Sequence record: PQ330092.1
DNA: 64,000 nt
Direction: 5' to 3' (one strand)
Below, piece after piece: positions 1-9,405 of this stretch. Made by a program: the position numbers and the translations under genes. Position 1 is the first letter of the stretch. The number at the start of each line of letters is the position of its first letter. Under the pieces are notes generated by a model. The model ran no database searches. It was not told the DNA's origin and worked only from the letters and a program-made list of their open reading frames with translations.

Positions 1-50
1 TGATTCATATTAGTTCCATAAATATTAGTATAAATTTATACCTATTATTT

Positions 51-1043
51 ATGGAAGGAAAAACTATGGCTCATCACGGCGTGTTTATGTACCCTTATAA
101 TCAGGAAGTATCATTGGGCAATTTTAATATGCCATATAGCAATGAAAAACTAACTATATATAGAGGGGCAAATAATAATTTATCTTTTACTGTTCACAAC
201 GCTGATGGAAAATATACTTTATTGAAAGATAATGAATATCTTACATTTATGATTTTTGATGCACGAAATAATACTAAACTATTTGATGTTGTATTAGAAA
301 AACAAGAACCCAGTTGGTTATCAGAAAGTGGACAAGCAAGACAAACATTAGGAAATAAAAAGAAAGTATATTATGGATGTATTGTTCCAGCAGGAGTTAT
401 TCAAGATACCAGTCCTGGTTCAAAATATAGATGGAGCATTACTAAAGTAACAATGGATGGTTCACTTATAGAACCAACACAATATCTATACACAGGGATG
501 AACTTTGAGGCATCAGCAGAGCTAATAATTTCAGACCAAGCAGCACCTGTATTTGTCCCCAGTACTGAAATATCAGTTAATAAAAATCCAGCATGGACAA
601 CTATAAAGCGTTTATATCATGAACCAATTGGAAATGGTATGATTGGTGAATATGATATTCTCGCATCAACTCCACTACCAGCACAAATGCAGTTTGGATT
701 AGTAGATGGATTAAGTAGTATTGCAATCTATTTTGATAAATTTATTGGTAGAATACAGCTACAAGGGTGCTTGTGTAACAACGTACCTAATGATAATGAA
801 AACTATAAATGGTTTATTATTAAATTAGATGGAAAGGATTATATTGAAAATGGAATTGATTCAGAAGGTTTTCCAAAAGAACTTGACGGAATACAAGCAT
901 TTAATTTTAAAGGAAATTATATGTGGTTACGTTTGGTGGTTGCTATTCATCCCAAAATTGTTCCAGTACCATATGACTATGCTGCTGTCCGAAAAGTGTA
1001 TGACCCTTTCCTAACAGTACCTAAAATTTTGATACGTAGATGA
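51..1043 (+). CDS. Hypothetical protein, possibly late/virion-associated
   Basis: 330-aa ORF preceded by a TAAATA late-promoter-like motif near 18; no family recognised. Confidence 0.6.
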   Translation: MEGKTMAHHGVFMYPYNQEVSLGNFNMPYSNEKLTIYRGANNNLSFTVHNADGKYTLLKDNEYLTFMIFDARNNTKLFDVVLEKQEPSWLSESGQARQTLGNKKKVYYGCIVPAGVIQDTSPGSKYRWSITKVTMDGSLIEPTQYLYTGMNFEASAELIISDQAAPVFVPSTEISVNKNPAWTTIKRLYHEPIGNGMIGEYDILASTPLPAQMQFGLVDGLSSIAIYFDKFIGRIQLQGCLCNNVPNDNENYKWFIIKLDGKDYIENGIDSEGFPKELDGIQAFNFKGNYMWLRLVVAIHPKIVPVPYDYAAVRKVYDPFLTVPKILIRR

Positions 1044-1047
1044 GACA

Positions 1048-1069
1048 AAACTAGAAGGTGTGCTATAAT
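1048..1069 (+). promoter_or_regulatory. Sigma70-like promoter with extended -10 (TGcTATAAT)
   Basis: gagacaaaactagaaggtgTGcTATAAT upstream of the primase; similar elements near 7431-7457, 13126-13154 and 23757-23785. Confidence 0.6.
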
Positions 1070-1098
1070 CATTTGTAAGAAAAGACAAGGATTAACTT

Positions 1099-2154
1099 AT
1101 GAACGCTGTACAAAACATAATGGCACAAATTATGAATGATCCAGTACCTGCGATTGGTACATGGTCACAACACAACTGTCCAGCTTGTGTGTTCAGAGGA
1201 CATTCAAGGCCGGATACAAAGCACCGTGGTAATCATATGTTCAATGCAGATGGTTCCGTTTCATATAACTGCTTTAACTGTAGTTTAAAAACTGGTTGGC
1301 AACCAGGAAAATATATGAGCAAAGATATGGAGTCTTTGCTCATTTCTTTTGGTGCACAAGATAAAGAAATAGAATTAGTTAAGTTTTATATTAAAGAAAT
1401 GGTTGACAGCGGTGATTTTGCTGCACAAGAAACTGTTGCATCAAAATTGTATGACCGAGTAACGGTACGTGATTTGCCATCAAATGCAAAAACATTTTGG
1501 GAATGGGCTTCTTTACCTGAAGATAAAATTCCACAAGAATTTATAAGTGTTTTGCATAATGTCAATGAAAGAAACCCATATCTGTTAGACTTAGAATTAT
1601 ATTGGTCACCTAATAAAGAACATAAAATGTATGACAGATTTATTATTCCATATTTCATGAATGGTAAAATTATTGGTTATACTGCACGACATAAATTAAA
1701 AGATCCTGGAAGTACATACAGGTTCATAAATCAAGTAAGTACTAATATACTATATAACTATGATTTATTAAAAGATGAACGAATAAAAACAATTTTAGTA
1801 TGTGAGGGTCCGTTAGACGCAGCATTAATGGGTGGTGTATCTGCTAATAACTTTAAATTATCAAACGTACAGATTGATGTATTAAAAGATGCACAGCAAA
1901 AAGGCAAAAAAATAGTTATTGTTCCAGATAGAGATAAAGATGGATTAATAACTATAGACCAAGCACTTGAAAATGGATTCAGTGTTTCCTTCCCAGACTT
2001 TGGTGCTGTAAGAGAAGGTAGTACAATACGTCATATCAAAGACTTTGAAGAAGCTTGTGCACGATTTGGTAGGTTATTTTGTTTACAATTAATACATGAT
2101 AGTATAGTAGATGAGCCATTTTATATTAAAGCTCAAACGGATAAATGGATGTAA
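1099..2154 (+). CDS. DNA primase (T4 gp61-like)
   Basis: N-terminal zinc ribbon CPAC...CFNC; TOPRIM motifs CEGPLDA and VPDRDKDG; adjacent to helicase. Confidence 0.88.
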   Translation: MNAVQNIMAQIMNDPVPAIGTWSQHNCPACVFRGHSRPDTKHRGNHMFNADGSVSYNCFNCSLKTGWQPGKYMSKDMESLLISFGAQDKEIELVKFYIKEMVDSGDFAAQETVASKLYDRVTVRDLPSNAKTFWEWASLPEDKIPQEFISVLHNVNERNPYLLDLELYWSPNKEHKMYDRFIIPYFMNGKIIGYTARHKLKDPGSTYRFINQVSTNILYNYDLLKDERIKTILVCEGPLDAALMGGVSANNFKLSNVQIDVLKDAQQKGKKIVIVPDRDKDGLITIDQALENGFSVSFPDFGAVREGSTIRHIKDFEEACARFGRLFCLQLIHDSIVDEPFYIKAQTDKWM

Positions 2155-2176
2155 TACATATAATGAGGGAACATAG

Positions 2177-3697
2177 ATGATTCAAAGCACAGTGGATGTG
2201 AAACAATATGGGATTAATGCACAACAATACTTATTATCTCAGATTTTCAGTAATCCTGATTTATATGTACGTTGTAAAAATATCCTTAAACCAGAATATT
2301 TTGATAAAACATTTCATGAAAGTATTCAATACGTGCATGATTATGCTGCAAAATATAGTTCATCACCTACTTTGAAAGATATTGAAGTTAAAGGTGGTTA
2401 TCAATACGATCAATATGAAGTTCAAGAATTACATAAACAATCAGTACTTGATACCTGTGGTGAATTTTGTCGCCATAAAGCATTAGCTTTAGCCGTTGAA
2501 AAAGGAATGGAACTTGTCCATCAGAAAAAATATGGTGGAATCGAAGAACTAATCCGAGAAGCAATGTTGGTAACGGTACAGAATGAGTTAGGTTTGGATA
2601 TTTTTGAAAACCCTGAAGATACAATCCGCTCACTCAGTACAATGCAAGGATCATTTAAGAGTGGTTGGGAAACTCTTGATTACAAACTTTTCGGTGGATT
2701 TGGGCGTAGAGAGTTAGAGATCTTTGCTGCTGCATCAGGTGGTGGTAAATCAGTAGTACTGCAAAATTTAGCAGTTAACTTTGCGAAAGCTGGAATGAAT
2801 GGTGCATACATTTCACTTGAACTAGCTGAAGAGTTGGTTGCTGTTCGTATCTATGGTATGATGACTGAATCAAAACTCAGTAACGTAAAAAATGAAGCTG
2901 AAAAGATTGGATTTGCTGTTAAAGTTGAAGGTAAAAACAGTGGTATGTTGCGTATTAAACGCTTACCTGAATCTGTAACAACCACAGACGATATTGAAAG
3001 TTATCTACGTGAATTACAAATTAAGATGGAAATCAAACTTGATTATGTATGCGTGGACTATTTGGATCTATTAACTTCTAATCGTCTTGGACCAAATGAT
3101 AAATCCAATACATTTACTAAAGATAAATTTGTATCAGAAGAATTACGTGCTCTTGCATCCAAAATGGATTTGACTGTTTTCACTGCATCTCAGTTTAACC
3201 GTAGTGGTATGGACGAAGATAAGAAAAGTCAAAGTCAGATTGCTGGTGGTATTTCAAAAATTTATACTGCTGATAACGTAATTTATATTGAAGCAAAAAA
3301 AGAAACTGGCGAACTATGGTTTGATTTCCAAAAAACACGTAACAGTAGTGCAGTAGGTTCCCGTTTGCGTATGTCATATGATATTGATTCATTGAGAGTT
3401 CTTGACCACGCAACTACAGTACAACAAATGGAAACCGAAGGTAATGGATTCCGTCACAGCGGTGTTTCTAAGATTGGTGGAGGGAACATGGCGTTACCAC
3501 CCAGCACTATGCAAACATTACGTCATTCGCTTTCTGGTGCAGCTAAATCACCATCTGTGCAACCTGACAATACAGTAACACTAAATACTGATAGTGCTCC
3601 TAACTCTACGACACAAAACGAAATACAGAATCCACAGACACATGCTGGTACTGATCGTGTTCATGCAATGAAGCAATGGTTAAATCAAAGGAAATGA
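2177..3697 (+). CDS. Replicative DnaB-like helicase (T4 gp41-like)
   Basis: Walker A AASGGGKS, YISLELAE, VDYLDLL, TASQFNRSG. Confidence 0.92.
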   Translation: MIQSTVDVKQYGINAQQYLLSQIFSNPDLYVRCKNILKPEYFDKTFHESIQYVHDYAAKYSSSPTLKDIEVKGGYQYDQYEVQELHKQSVLDTCGEFCRHKALALAVEKGMELVHQKKYGGIEELIREAMLVTVQNELGLDIFENPEDTIRSLSTMQGSFKSGWETLDYKLFGGFGRRELEIFAAASGGGKSVVLQNLAVNFAKAGMNGAYISLELAEELVAVRIYGMMTESKLSNVKNEAEKIGFAVKVEGKNSGMLRIKRLPESVTTTDDIESYLRELQIKMEIKLDYVCVDYLDLLTSNRLGPNDKSNTFTKDKFVSEELRALASKMDLTVFTASQFNRSGMDEDKKSQSQIAGGISKIYTADNVIYIEAKKETGELWFDFQKTRNSSAVGSRLRMSYDIDSLRVLDHATTVQQMETEGNGFRHSGVSKIGGGNMALPPSTMQTLRHSLSGAAKSPSVQPDNTVTLNTDSAPNSTTQNEIQNPQTHAGTDRVHAMKQWLNQRK

Positions 3698-3700
3698 TAA

Positions 3701-3973
3701 ATGTCTAGTAAATCCAATAAAAAGAATCTACTTGATAGTATAGTTGACTATACGCCAGAGAAAGATACATTACAGAGTTTTAGTAATCGTGCCGACCACG
3801 CAATAAACTCAGTGATTCATTTATTGGAGAGCATTGAAGATGAGTTTAACCAAACTGATGCTGAAGATTTAAAAAAACGCTTATTTCTAAGTATAAAAAA
3901 CCGAGATTATAAAAAGTTTCAAAAAGGGTTAGAGAATATAGCACTTGATGAAAAACGTAATAAAGGAAATTAA
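3701..3973 (+). CDS. Hypothetical protein
   Basis: 90-aa ORF in operon, tightly packed. Confidence 0.7.
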   Translation: MSSKSNKKNLLDSIVDYTPEKDTLQSFSNRADHAINSVIHLLESIEDEFNQTDAEDLKKRLFLSIKNRDYKKFQKGLENIALDEKRNKGN

Positions 3974-3974
3974 T

Positions 3975-4139
3975 ATGAAGAAAAAGAATATCAAAGAAAA
4001 TGCATCTTCTGGAGCTACTTCAGCAGGTGCTATTGCATCAGTCAGTACTGGTTTACATTATCCATTACATCGTAGATTGCCTCCTACTAACTTCTTTGGA
4101 TACAAAGTCGTAGAGAAAAAAGATAAGGACAAAGAATGA
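3975..4139 (+). CDS. Small hypothetical protein, possible head-associated
   Basis: SD AAGGA then ATG at 3975; IKE motif near the N-terminus. Confidence 0.6.
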   Translation: MKKKNIKENASSGATSAGAIASVSTGLHYPLHRRLPPTNFFGYKVVEKKDKDKE

Positions 4140-4528
4140 AACCATATACATTCTACACAATTCACACTGTAGTAGATATTGGTGATGGTAAAACCCCAAC
4201 AATCATAGATTCTAAGTTCACTGGTGCTATGAACTTGTCTAGGTTGTTGGAAGCTATTATGGTATATGACTATCCAATGATGGTAAGCGTTGTTAAAAAT
4301 GAAGTCGATTTATATAAAGATAATAATTCATCTTTTTATAACATGCCAATTTCTTGGGGAAAATGTACCATAAGCACATTCAAATTCGCATTACCAATGG
4401 ATGTCGAACTTCGTTTGAATGGTATACCATTGGTTCTACCAACCGAATTAAATGGAAAACGAATAACAAAATTTATCACATCTGGTGATGATATTAACAT
4501 TAGCATCAGCAAACAGACCTTTTCTTAA
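4136..4528 (+). CDS. Hypothetical protein
   Basis: 130-aa ORF, ATGA overlap with upstream gene. Confidence 0.7.
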   Translation: MKPYTFYTIHTVVDIGDGKTPTIIDSKFTGAMNLSRLLEAIMVYDYPMMVSVVKNEVDLYKDNNSSFYNMPISWGKCTISTFKFALPMDVELRLNGIPLVLPTELNGKRITKFITSGDDINISISKQTFS

Positions 4529-4530
4529 TT

Positions 4531-5529
4531 GTGATAAATATCATAAAGCAAGACAGAGGTCTTTTTATTTTATATGGAGAAATTATGGATATAAACCAAA
4601 CAGCAACTGAACTTCAAAAGTTCGCAGATGCACATAATTTGAATGTTGATGTTTCTGTTATTCTTGATAATATGGATGCAGGTGATTTTATCACTTTAAA
4701 TTCTGCGATTGATAATTCTGACAATCGTGAAATATTCCAAATTTTACAAAAATACAAAGCACAGATGAGTGAATGTTATAATTATTTTAGTACTAAAAAT
4801 GTTAACAAACATATTAATGAAAGTACTGAACTTCATAGTATTGTTGATTCAATGTCACTAAAGCAATTAGCAGAAGAGTATCATAAAAATTATACATATT
4901 CAGATATAACAAAACTAACCACACAAGAATTAAAAGCAATTGTATTTGAAGATTTACAAAATCAAGCCACACAAATGCAAGCAAAACAAATTGCTAAAAT
5001 GAATGTTTCTCAGGGTCAACAACAAGTCAATCCACAAACTCAAGCTAAAATGAAACAAGCTGAGTTGCAAAGAAATGCTAATAATATGAAAGTTAGTGTT
5101 CCTGGTACACAAAGCGGGACAGATTCGGTTGAACCTGTAGTTGGTGTTGACCCAGGACAAACACCGGAGCAATCATTAGTTATTACTAAAAGTGGGACTA
5201 AGCCAAATGAGTTGAACGTTTTTCCTTTGAGTGATGTTAATCCTATTGATAATCAAAATAATCCAATTCGTGAAGAAAAATCTCCACAAGAAATTAACAG
5301 TGAACTTATGGCTAATTCCAGTTTAGAGCCTGATAGTAATCCTGATACACCATCACCATTGTCACATCACGCACCTGGTATGGGCGAAATGATACATGCA
5401 ATTTCTGATATTGAAAAAGAAGATGATATCTATGGTGATGAAAGTGTTATGGCAAACACATCACAATCTGATAATGATGACATGGTAGACCAAATTATCG
5501 ATTTCTGTCATCGTATGCGAGGTCGTTAA
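4531..5529 (+). CDS. Hypothetical protein, Q/acidic-rich
   Basis: 332-aa ORF; true start may be about 4582 after a GGAG SD. Confidence 0.7.
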   Translation: MINIIKQDRGLFILYGEIMDINQTATELQKFADAHNLNVDVSVILDNMDAGDFITLNSAIDNSDNREIFQILQKYKAQMSECYNYFSTKNVNKHINESTELHSIVDSMSLKQLAEEYHKNYTYSDITKLTTQELKAIVFEDLQNQATQMQAKQIAKMNVSQGQQQVNPQTQAKMKQAELQRNANNMKVSVPGTQSGTDSVEPVVGVDPGQTPEQSLVITKSGTKPNELNVFPLSDVNPIDNQNNPIREEKSPQEINSELMANSSLEPDSNPDTPSPLSHHAPGMGEMIHAISDIEKEDDIYGDESVMANTSQSDNDDMVDQIIDFCHRMRGR

Positions 5530-5747
5530 TGAGAACAGTACTAAATGTGCATGGTCACAATACAATGGTTTCTAATGAAGAATATAAACTATTACAAAAG
5601 ATAAAAGCACGCGGTACTGTTCCAGTTGAAAAGGTAAATGAATATTATCAGGAATTAGCTGATAAGATGGTATCACGTGGTGTTCTAAATAAAATAGAAA
5701 ATGATGACGGTACTGAATCTTACCAAACAGTTAGGAGTAGTAAATGA
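5529..5747 (+). CDS. Hypothetical protein
   Basis: 72-aa ORF, TAATG coupling. Confidence 0.7.
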   Translation: MRTVLNVHGHNTMVSNEEYKLLQKIKARGTVPVEKVNEYYQELADKMVSRGVLNKIENDDGTESYQTVRSSK

Positions 5748-6415
5748 ATTACGAATATGATCAACAATCAGTTAATCAGATGGCTGATTTGTTAAGTGGA
5801 TTGAATGACATTGAAGCTGGTGAAACACATAACGCATCGGGGGTTCCATATAAAACTGGTGGTGATATCGGTGCTATGGCTTCTATTTTAACTTCATTAA
5901 ATGAAGCAGGTATGGATTATGGTGAACCACAACATCCACATATGGTTCAATACAATTCTCCGTATAATGAACATTTATCAGGGAATTCACCAGTACCTTC
6001 GCCACGACCATCACAAGCACCTCTTAAACCAAAAACTAATTGGAGTTTAGTGGAAGAAAAAGTACAAGGTACTAAATCTACTAAAGTTTATAGCATTAAG
6101 TGTAATCATAGTTCACAAATTATCATGAATAATATTATGATGTATGAAGCAGCACTTACATTAGTTAATCTTCTCAATGAAGGAAGAATGTTGACAGATG
6201 CAAAAGTACTTGGTATAATCAGTTCGGGTCTTCAATACACGAATGTGATTAGTGAAGCATTGAAAGCAGCCCAGAAACGTCAACGCGTACTTAATGAATC
6301 GAAGTATGATGAAGCAAAAGATTTAGATATAATTATTGCAGAAAAGAAAGCTGAAGCGTATAAATTAAAAGAGCGTGTATTAAACTTTCTAAAAGGCGAA
6401 GGTTATATAAAGTAA
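5744..6415 (+). CDS. Hypothetical protein
   Basis: 223-aa ORF with SD AGGAG. Confidence 0.75.
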   Translation: MNYEYDQQSVNQMADLLSGLNDIEAGETHNASGVPYKTGGDIGAMASILTSLNEAGMDYGEPQHPHMVQYNSPYNEHLSGNSPVPSPRPSQAPLKPKTNWSLVEEKVQGTKSTKVYSIKCNHSSQIIMNNIMMYEAALTLVNLLNEGRMLTDAKVLGIISSGLQYTNVISEALKAAQKRQRVLNESKYDEAKDLDIIIAEKKAEAYKLKERVLNFLKGEGYIK

Positions 6416-6447
6416 ATAAATGAGTGATATTTTATAAGGAAATACAA

Positions 6448-7080
6448 ATGTCAAAATATAAAAAACTAATGGAAGCAGCTTCTCGTGCAGAAGCTATGAA
6501 GTTTATTCAACTAAATGAATCTAATATTGAAAAAGCAGAAATTGTTCTTTCAGTAAAAGGTGAGATTGTGGATAAACTCCAACGTCAATCTGAGGTTATT
6601 AACAACATGGGTGTTGACGTACTAGGCCCACTACTTGACCGTATTAAAGCCGAGCAAGGTCTAGATGCTGCACAAAATTTTAGTGATAATGTTCGTCATC
6701 TACTACAACATGCAGTTACTACCTTAATGGATGTAAAAGACAAAATCAGTACTGAAACACTTAAACTAACTGGTGATATCACTGACGGTCCAGATGTTTC
6801 TGATATTGGAAGTGAAGATGTTGATATTGATATTGCAGCAGATACCCCAACTTTTGATATGGATGCAGACGCAGACTTTGAAGAAGACATTATCTCTGAG
6901 CCAGTACCAACTGAACGTGAAATGAAAGAATCTGTTAAACCAAGTAAAGTTGGTGTAAAAATGGAAAGTATTCGCGGAACTGTGGGTACTAAATACTTTA
7001 GTTCAAAAGAAGAAATGAAAACATGGCTTTCTGAGAATGAAAAGAAAGTTAAACGTGTTCTAGGATACGTTAAAAAATAA
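6448..7080 (+). CDS. Hypothetical acidic protein, possible prohead core/internal protein
   Basis: SD AAGGA then ATG at 6448; TAAATA upstream; LNE and MKE motifs. Confidence 0.65.
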   Translation: MSKYKKLMEAASRAEAMKFIQLNESNIEKAEIVLSVKGEIVDKLQRQSEVINNMGVDVLGPLLDRIKAEQGLDAAQNFSDNVRHLLQHAVTTLMDVKDKISTETLKLTGDITDGPDVSDIGSEDVDIDIAADTPTFDMDADADFEEDIISEPVPTEREMKESVKPSKVGVKMESIRGTVGTKYFSSKEEMKTWLSENEKKVKRVLGYVKK

Positions 7081-7096
7081 TTAAGGACAATTCTAC

Positions 7097-7432
7097 ATGA
7101 GATTTCGTGATCTTACTGAAGAGGCTCCTGGTAAAGATATACGCAATATGATTACTACTATTGCGTTGTCTTTAGTGTCCACGGGTCGAGAAGAAGTAAA
7201 TGTTCAATCTTTGATTTCTGAAATTAAAAAGAGAACCAACATCGATGTTCCATACAATGTAATGATGGACATTTTGAATGCCCTTCCTTTTGTACAGGAT
7301 GCTAATTCTGATGTTGTAACTTTTGCAGGAAATTCAGCAGAAGGTTCAGAAGAAGTCGAGCAAGATTCTGAAGAGCAAGTTGAAGATTGGGCCACAAAAG
7401 CTGCGGTGACAGCAAATAAACAAAAAAACTGA
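7097..7432 (+). CDS. Hypothetical protein
   Basis: 111-aa ORF with SD AAGGA. Confidence 0.7.
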   Translation: MRFRDLTEEAPGKDIRNMITTIALSLVSTGREEVNVQSLISEIKKRTNIDVPYNVMMDILNALPFVQDANSDVVTFAGNSAEGSEEVEQDSEEQVEDWATKAAVTANKQKN

Positions 7433-7471
7433 GACAAATTAAAATATAATGCTATAATTAGGAGTACACGG

Positions 7472-8191
7472 ATGTACACACCACCAATTGTTAGCAGATA
7501 TACATATGTTGGTTACAATAGAATTGAAGGCGGCCCAGAAGGTCGCCTTTATTCAACTCCAACAGGTAATCTGCCGTCAGTAACAACAATTCTAAGTGCG
7601 ACCTCGAATGACGAAGGTTTAAAGAAATGGAGAGAATTTGTTGGTGAAGAAAAGGCTAATGAGATTACATTAGAAGCATGTACAGTTGGTACTTTTATGC
7701 ATGAGAACTTGGAATTTAGATTGGAAGGAAAGCCAGACCATGAAGGCGGTATGCCAATTCGAGTTCTTGCACGTAGAATGGCTGACAAAATTCAGCAAGA
7801 AGCATGGCCTAGAATTAATGAAGTATGGGGACAGGAAGTCCCATTGTACTATGAAGGTTTATGGGCCGGAACAACTGATTTAGTAGGTGTTCATGATGGA
7901 ATCCCAACCATTATGGATTATAAAAATTCCCGTAAAGTTAAGAAGTGGGGACAAATCGAAAATTATCGTATGCAAATTGCAGCATATGCATTAGCCCATA
8001 ATCAAATGTTTGGTACTAATATAGAACGTGGTGTGATTTTCATCTGTGTAAGAAAAGATCCTAACAATCTACAATATCAAGAGTTTGTCATAGAAGGTCA
8101 AGACTTCAAAGATGCAGTCAATATGTGGATTGAACGTGTAGAACAATACTATATTTTACGTGGAGAAATTGAATCAAATGGAGCAGCATAA
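7472..8191 (+). CDS. PD-(D/E)xK exonuclease (Cas4/RecB-like family)
   Basis: PSVTTIL, GTFMHE, AGTTDLVG...IMDYKNS and QIAAYALA motifs. Confidence 0.85.
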   Translation: MYTPPIVSRYTYVGYNRIEGGPEGRLYSTPTGNLPSVTTILSATSNDEGLKKWREFVGEEKANEITLEACTVGTFMHENLEFRLEGKPDHEGGMPIRVLARRMADKIQQEAWPRINEVWGQEVPLYYEGLWAGTTDLVGVHDGIPTIMDYKNSRKVKKWGQIENYRMQIAAYALAHNQMFGTNIERGVIFICVRKDPNNLQYQEFVIEGQDFKDAVNMWIERVEQYYILRGEIESNGAA

Positions 8192-8732
8192 AAAAATGAA
8201 ACAAGATCTATATACAATTCGTGCACTAGTAAGTAAAGGTTATGATTTAGAAGAAGTAATTAAACTTAGTGAAGAAGAGATTGATAAACTTGATTTATCA
8301 AATAAGCTAATTCTAAATATCAAAGATTATAAACAACGTGGTGCTAAACCTGTTGAAGAAATTAAAGAACAAATTGCACAAGATATTAGTGTTGATGAAG
8401 TATCACGCAATGTACCACCAGAAGTTATCCAAGAGTATGTTGTTGATAGTGAAGAACAAGTTAAAGTTTCTGAAGAAGTTGAAATTATTGCAGAAGAACT
8501 TGCTCCTGAATTGGAAGAAGATGAAGTCGTTATTGAGCGTGTTGTTTCATCTAAAGAAGATTTGGACATTATCAAAGAAGCATTACAGACTAAAGAATTT
8601 AAAAGTGTTTCCAACTATGTTAAACATTTAAAATCTTTAGTACCAGAACAAATTTTATCTTCTGTAGATAGCTCAGTTGTATCTCAACTAATTAATGAGC
8701 GTATTGCGGAAGTTAAAGAAAAAGCTAAATAA
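8178..8732 (+). CDS. Hypothetical acidic protein
   Basis: E/V-rich ORF; start uncertain (8160, 8178 or 8196). Confidence 0.65.
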   Translation: MEQHKKMKQDLYTIRALVSKGYDLEEVIKLSEEEIDKLDLSNKLILNIKDYKQRGAKPVEEIKEQIAQDISVDEVSRNVPPEVIQEYVVDSEEQVKVSEEVEIIAEELAPELEEDEVVIERVVSSKEDLDIIKEALQTKEFKSVSNYVKHLKSLVPEQILSSVDSSVVSQLINERIAEVKEKAK

Positions 8733-8760
8733 TCCTATAATACTATAGGAGATAGTTTTT

Positions 8761-9342
8761 ATGGCACAACAACAAATTGCTTTACAACAAGTAAGAACTG
8801 GTAAACAGAGAGACTTACCTGATGCATTAGAAAAAGGTCAGATAGGATTCAGTACTGATGTGGGTCGTGTTTTTATTGGCCTTCCATCATCATCTGACCC
8901 CGCCAGCTTAGTTGCAGGTAGAACTTGGACTACTGATCCAAATTCAGGTAAAGAAAACGTAGAAATAATTACAGAATTTTCACCGTGGAGAACGGTATCA
9001 AAAATAATTAACAGACCGTTTAAAGTTGATCTTCCACAAAATCAAGAAAGTATAGAAGTTATTCTTGAAAGTGAAAGTAGAGTATTCATCGATTATATTG
9101 CATATGATGATACCGAAACGGTTTTGGAATCAGGAACTATTCAAATTGTAGCTGCTGGTACAAACACGATGATTGCACAGTCAAATAATACAAATAGAAC
9201 TGACGCAATTATTTCTATCTCATTTGAAGATCCTGCATATGATTCTACAACTGGAAATATGCAATTTAACATAGTTAACTCGGATTATTTAAATTCAGGA
9301 TATCATATAGAATTTGTATATCGTGGGTGGGACAAACCTTAA
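8761..9342 (+). CDS. Putative virion structural protein
   Basis: N-terminal LEKGQIGFSTDVGRVFIG resembles the G-E-L-G-x3-D-x-G-R-L-F-I-G segment of phage tail/structural proteins; TAAATA upstream. Confidence 0.5.
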   Translation: MAQQQIALQQVRTGKQRDLPDALEKGQIGFSTDVGRVFIGLPSSSDPASLVAGRTWTTDPNSGKENVEIITEFSPWRTVSKIINRPFKVDLPQNQESIEVILESESRVFIDYIAYDDTETVLESGTIQIVAAGTNTMIAQSNNTNRTDAIISISFEDPAYDSTTGNMQFNIVNSDYLNSGYHIEFVYRGWDKP

Positions 9343-9361
9343 AAGGCGTCCCGCCTTTTTC
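9343..9361 (+). terminator. Rho-independent terminator
   Basis: aaaggcg-tccc-gccttttt hairpin with U-tract. Confidence 0.7.
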
Positions 9362-9405
9362 TTCCACTAAAAAAAGAAATTTACATCAAAAAACAAGGAT
9401 GACAC

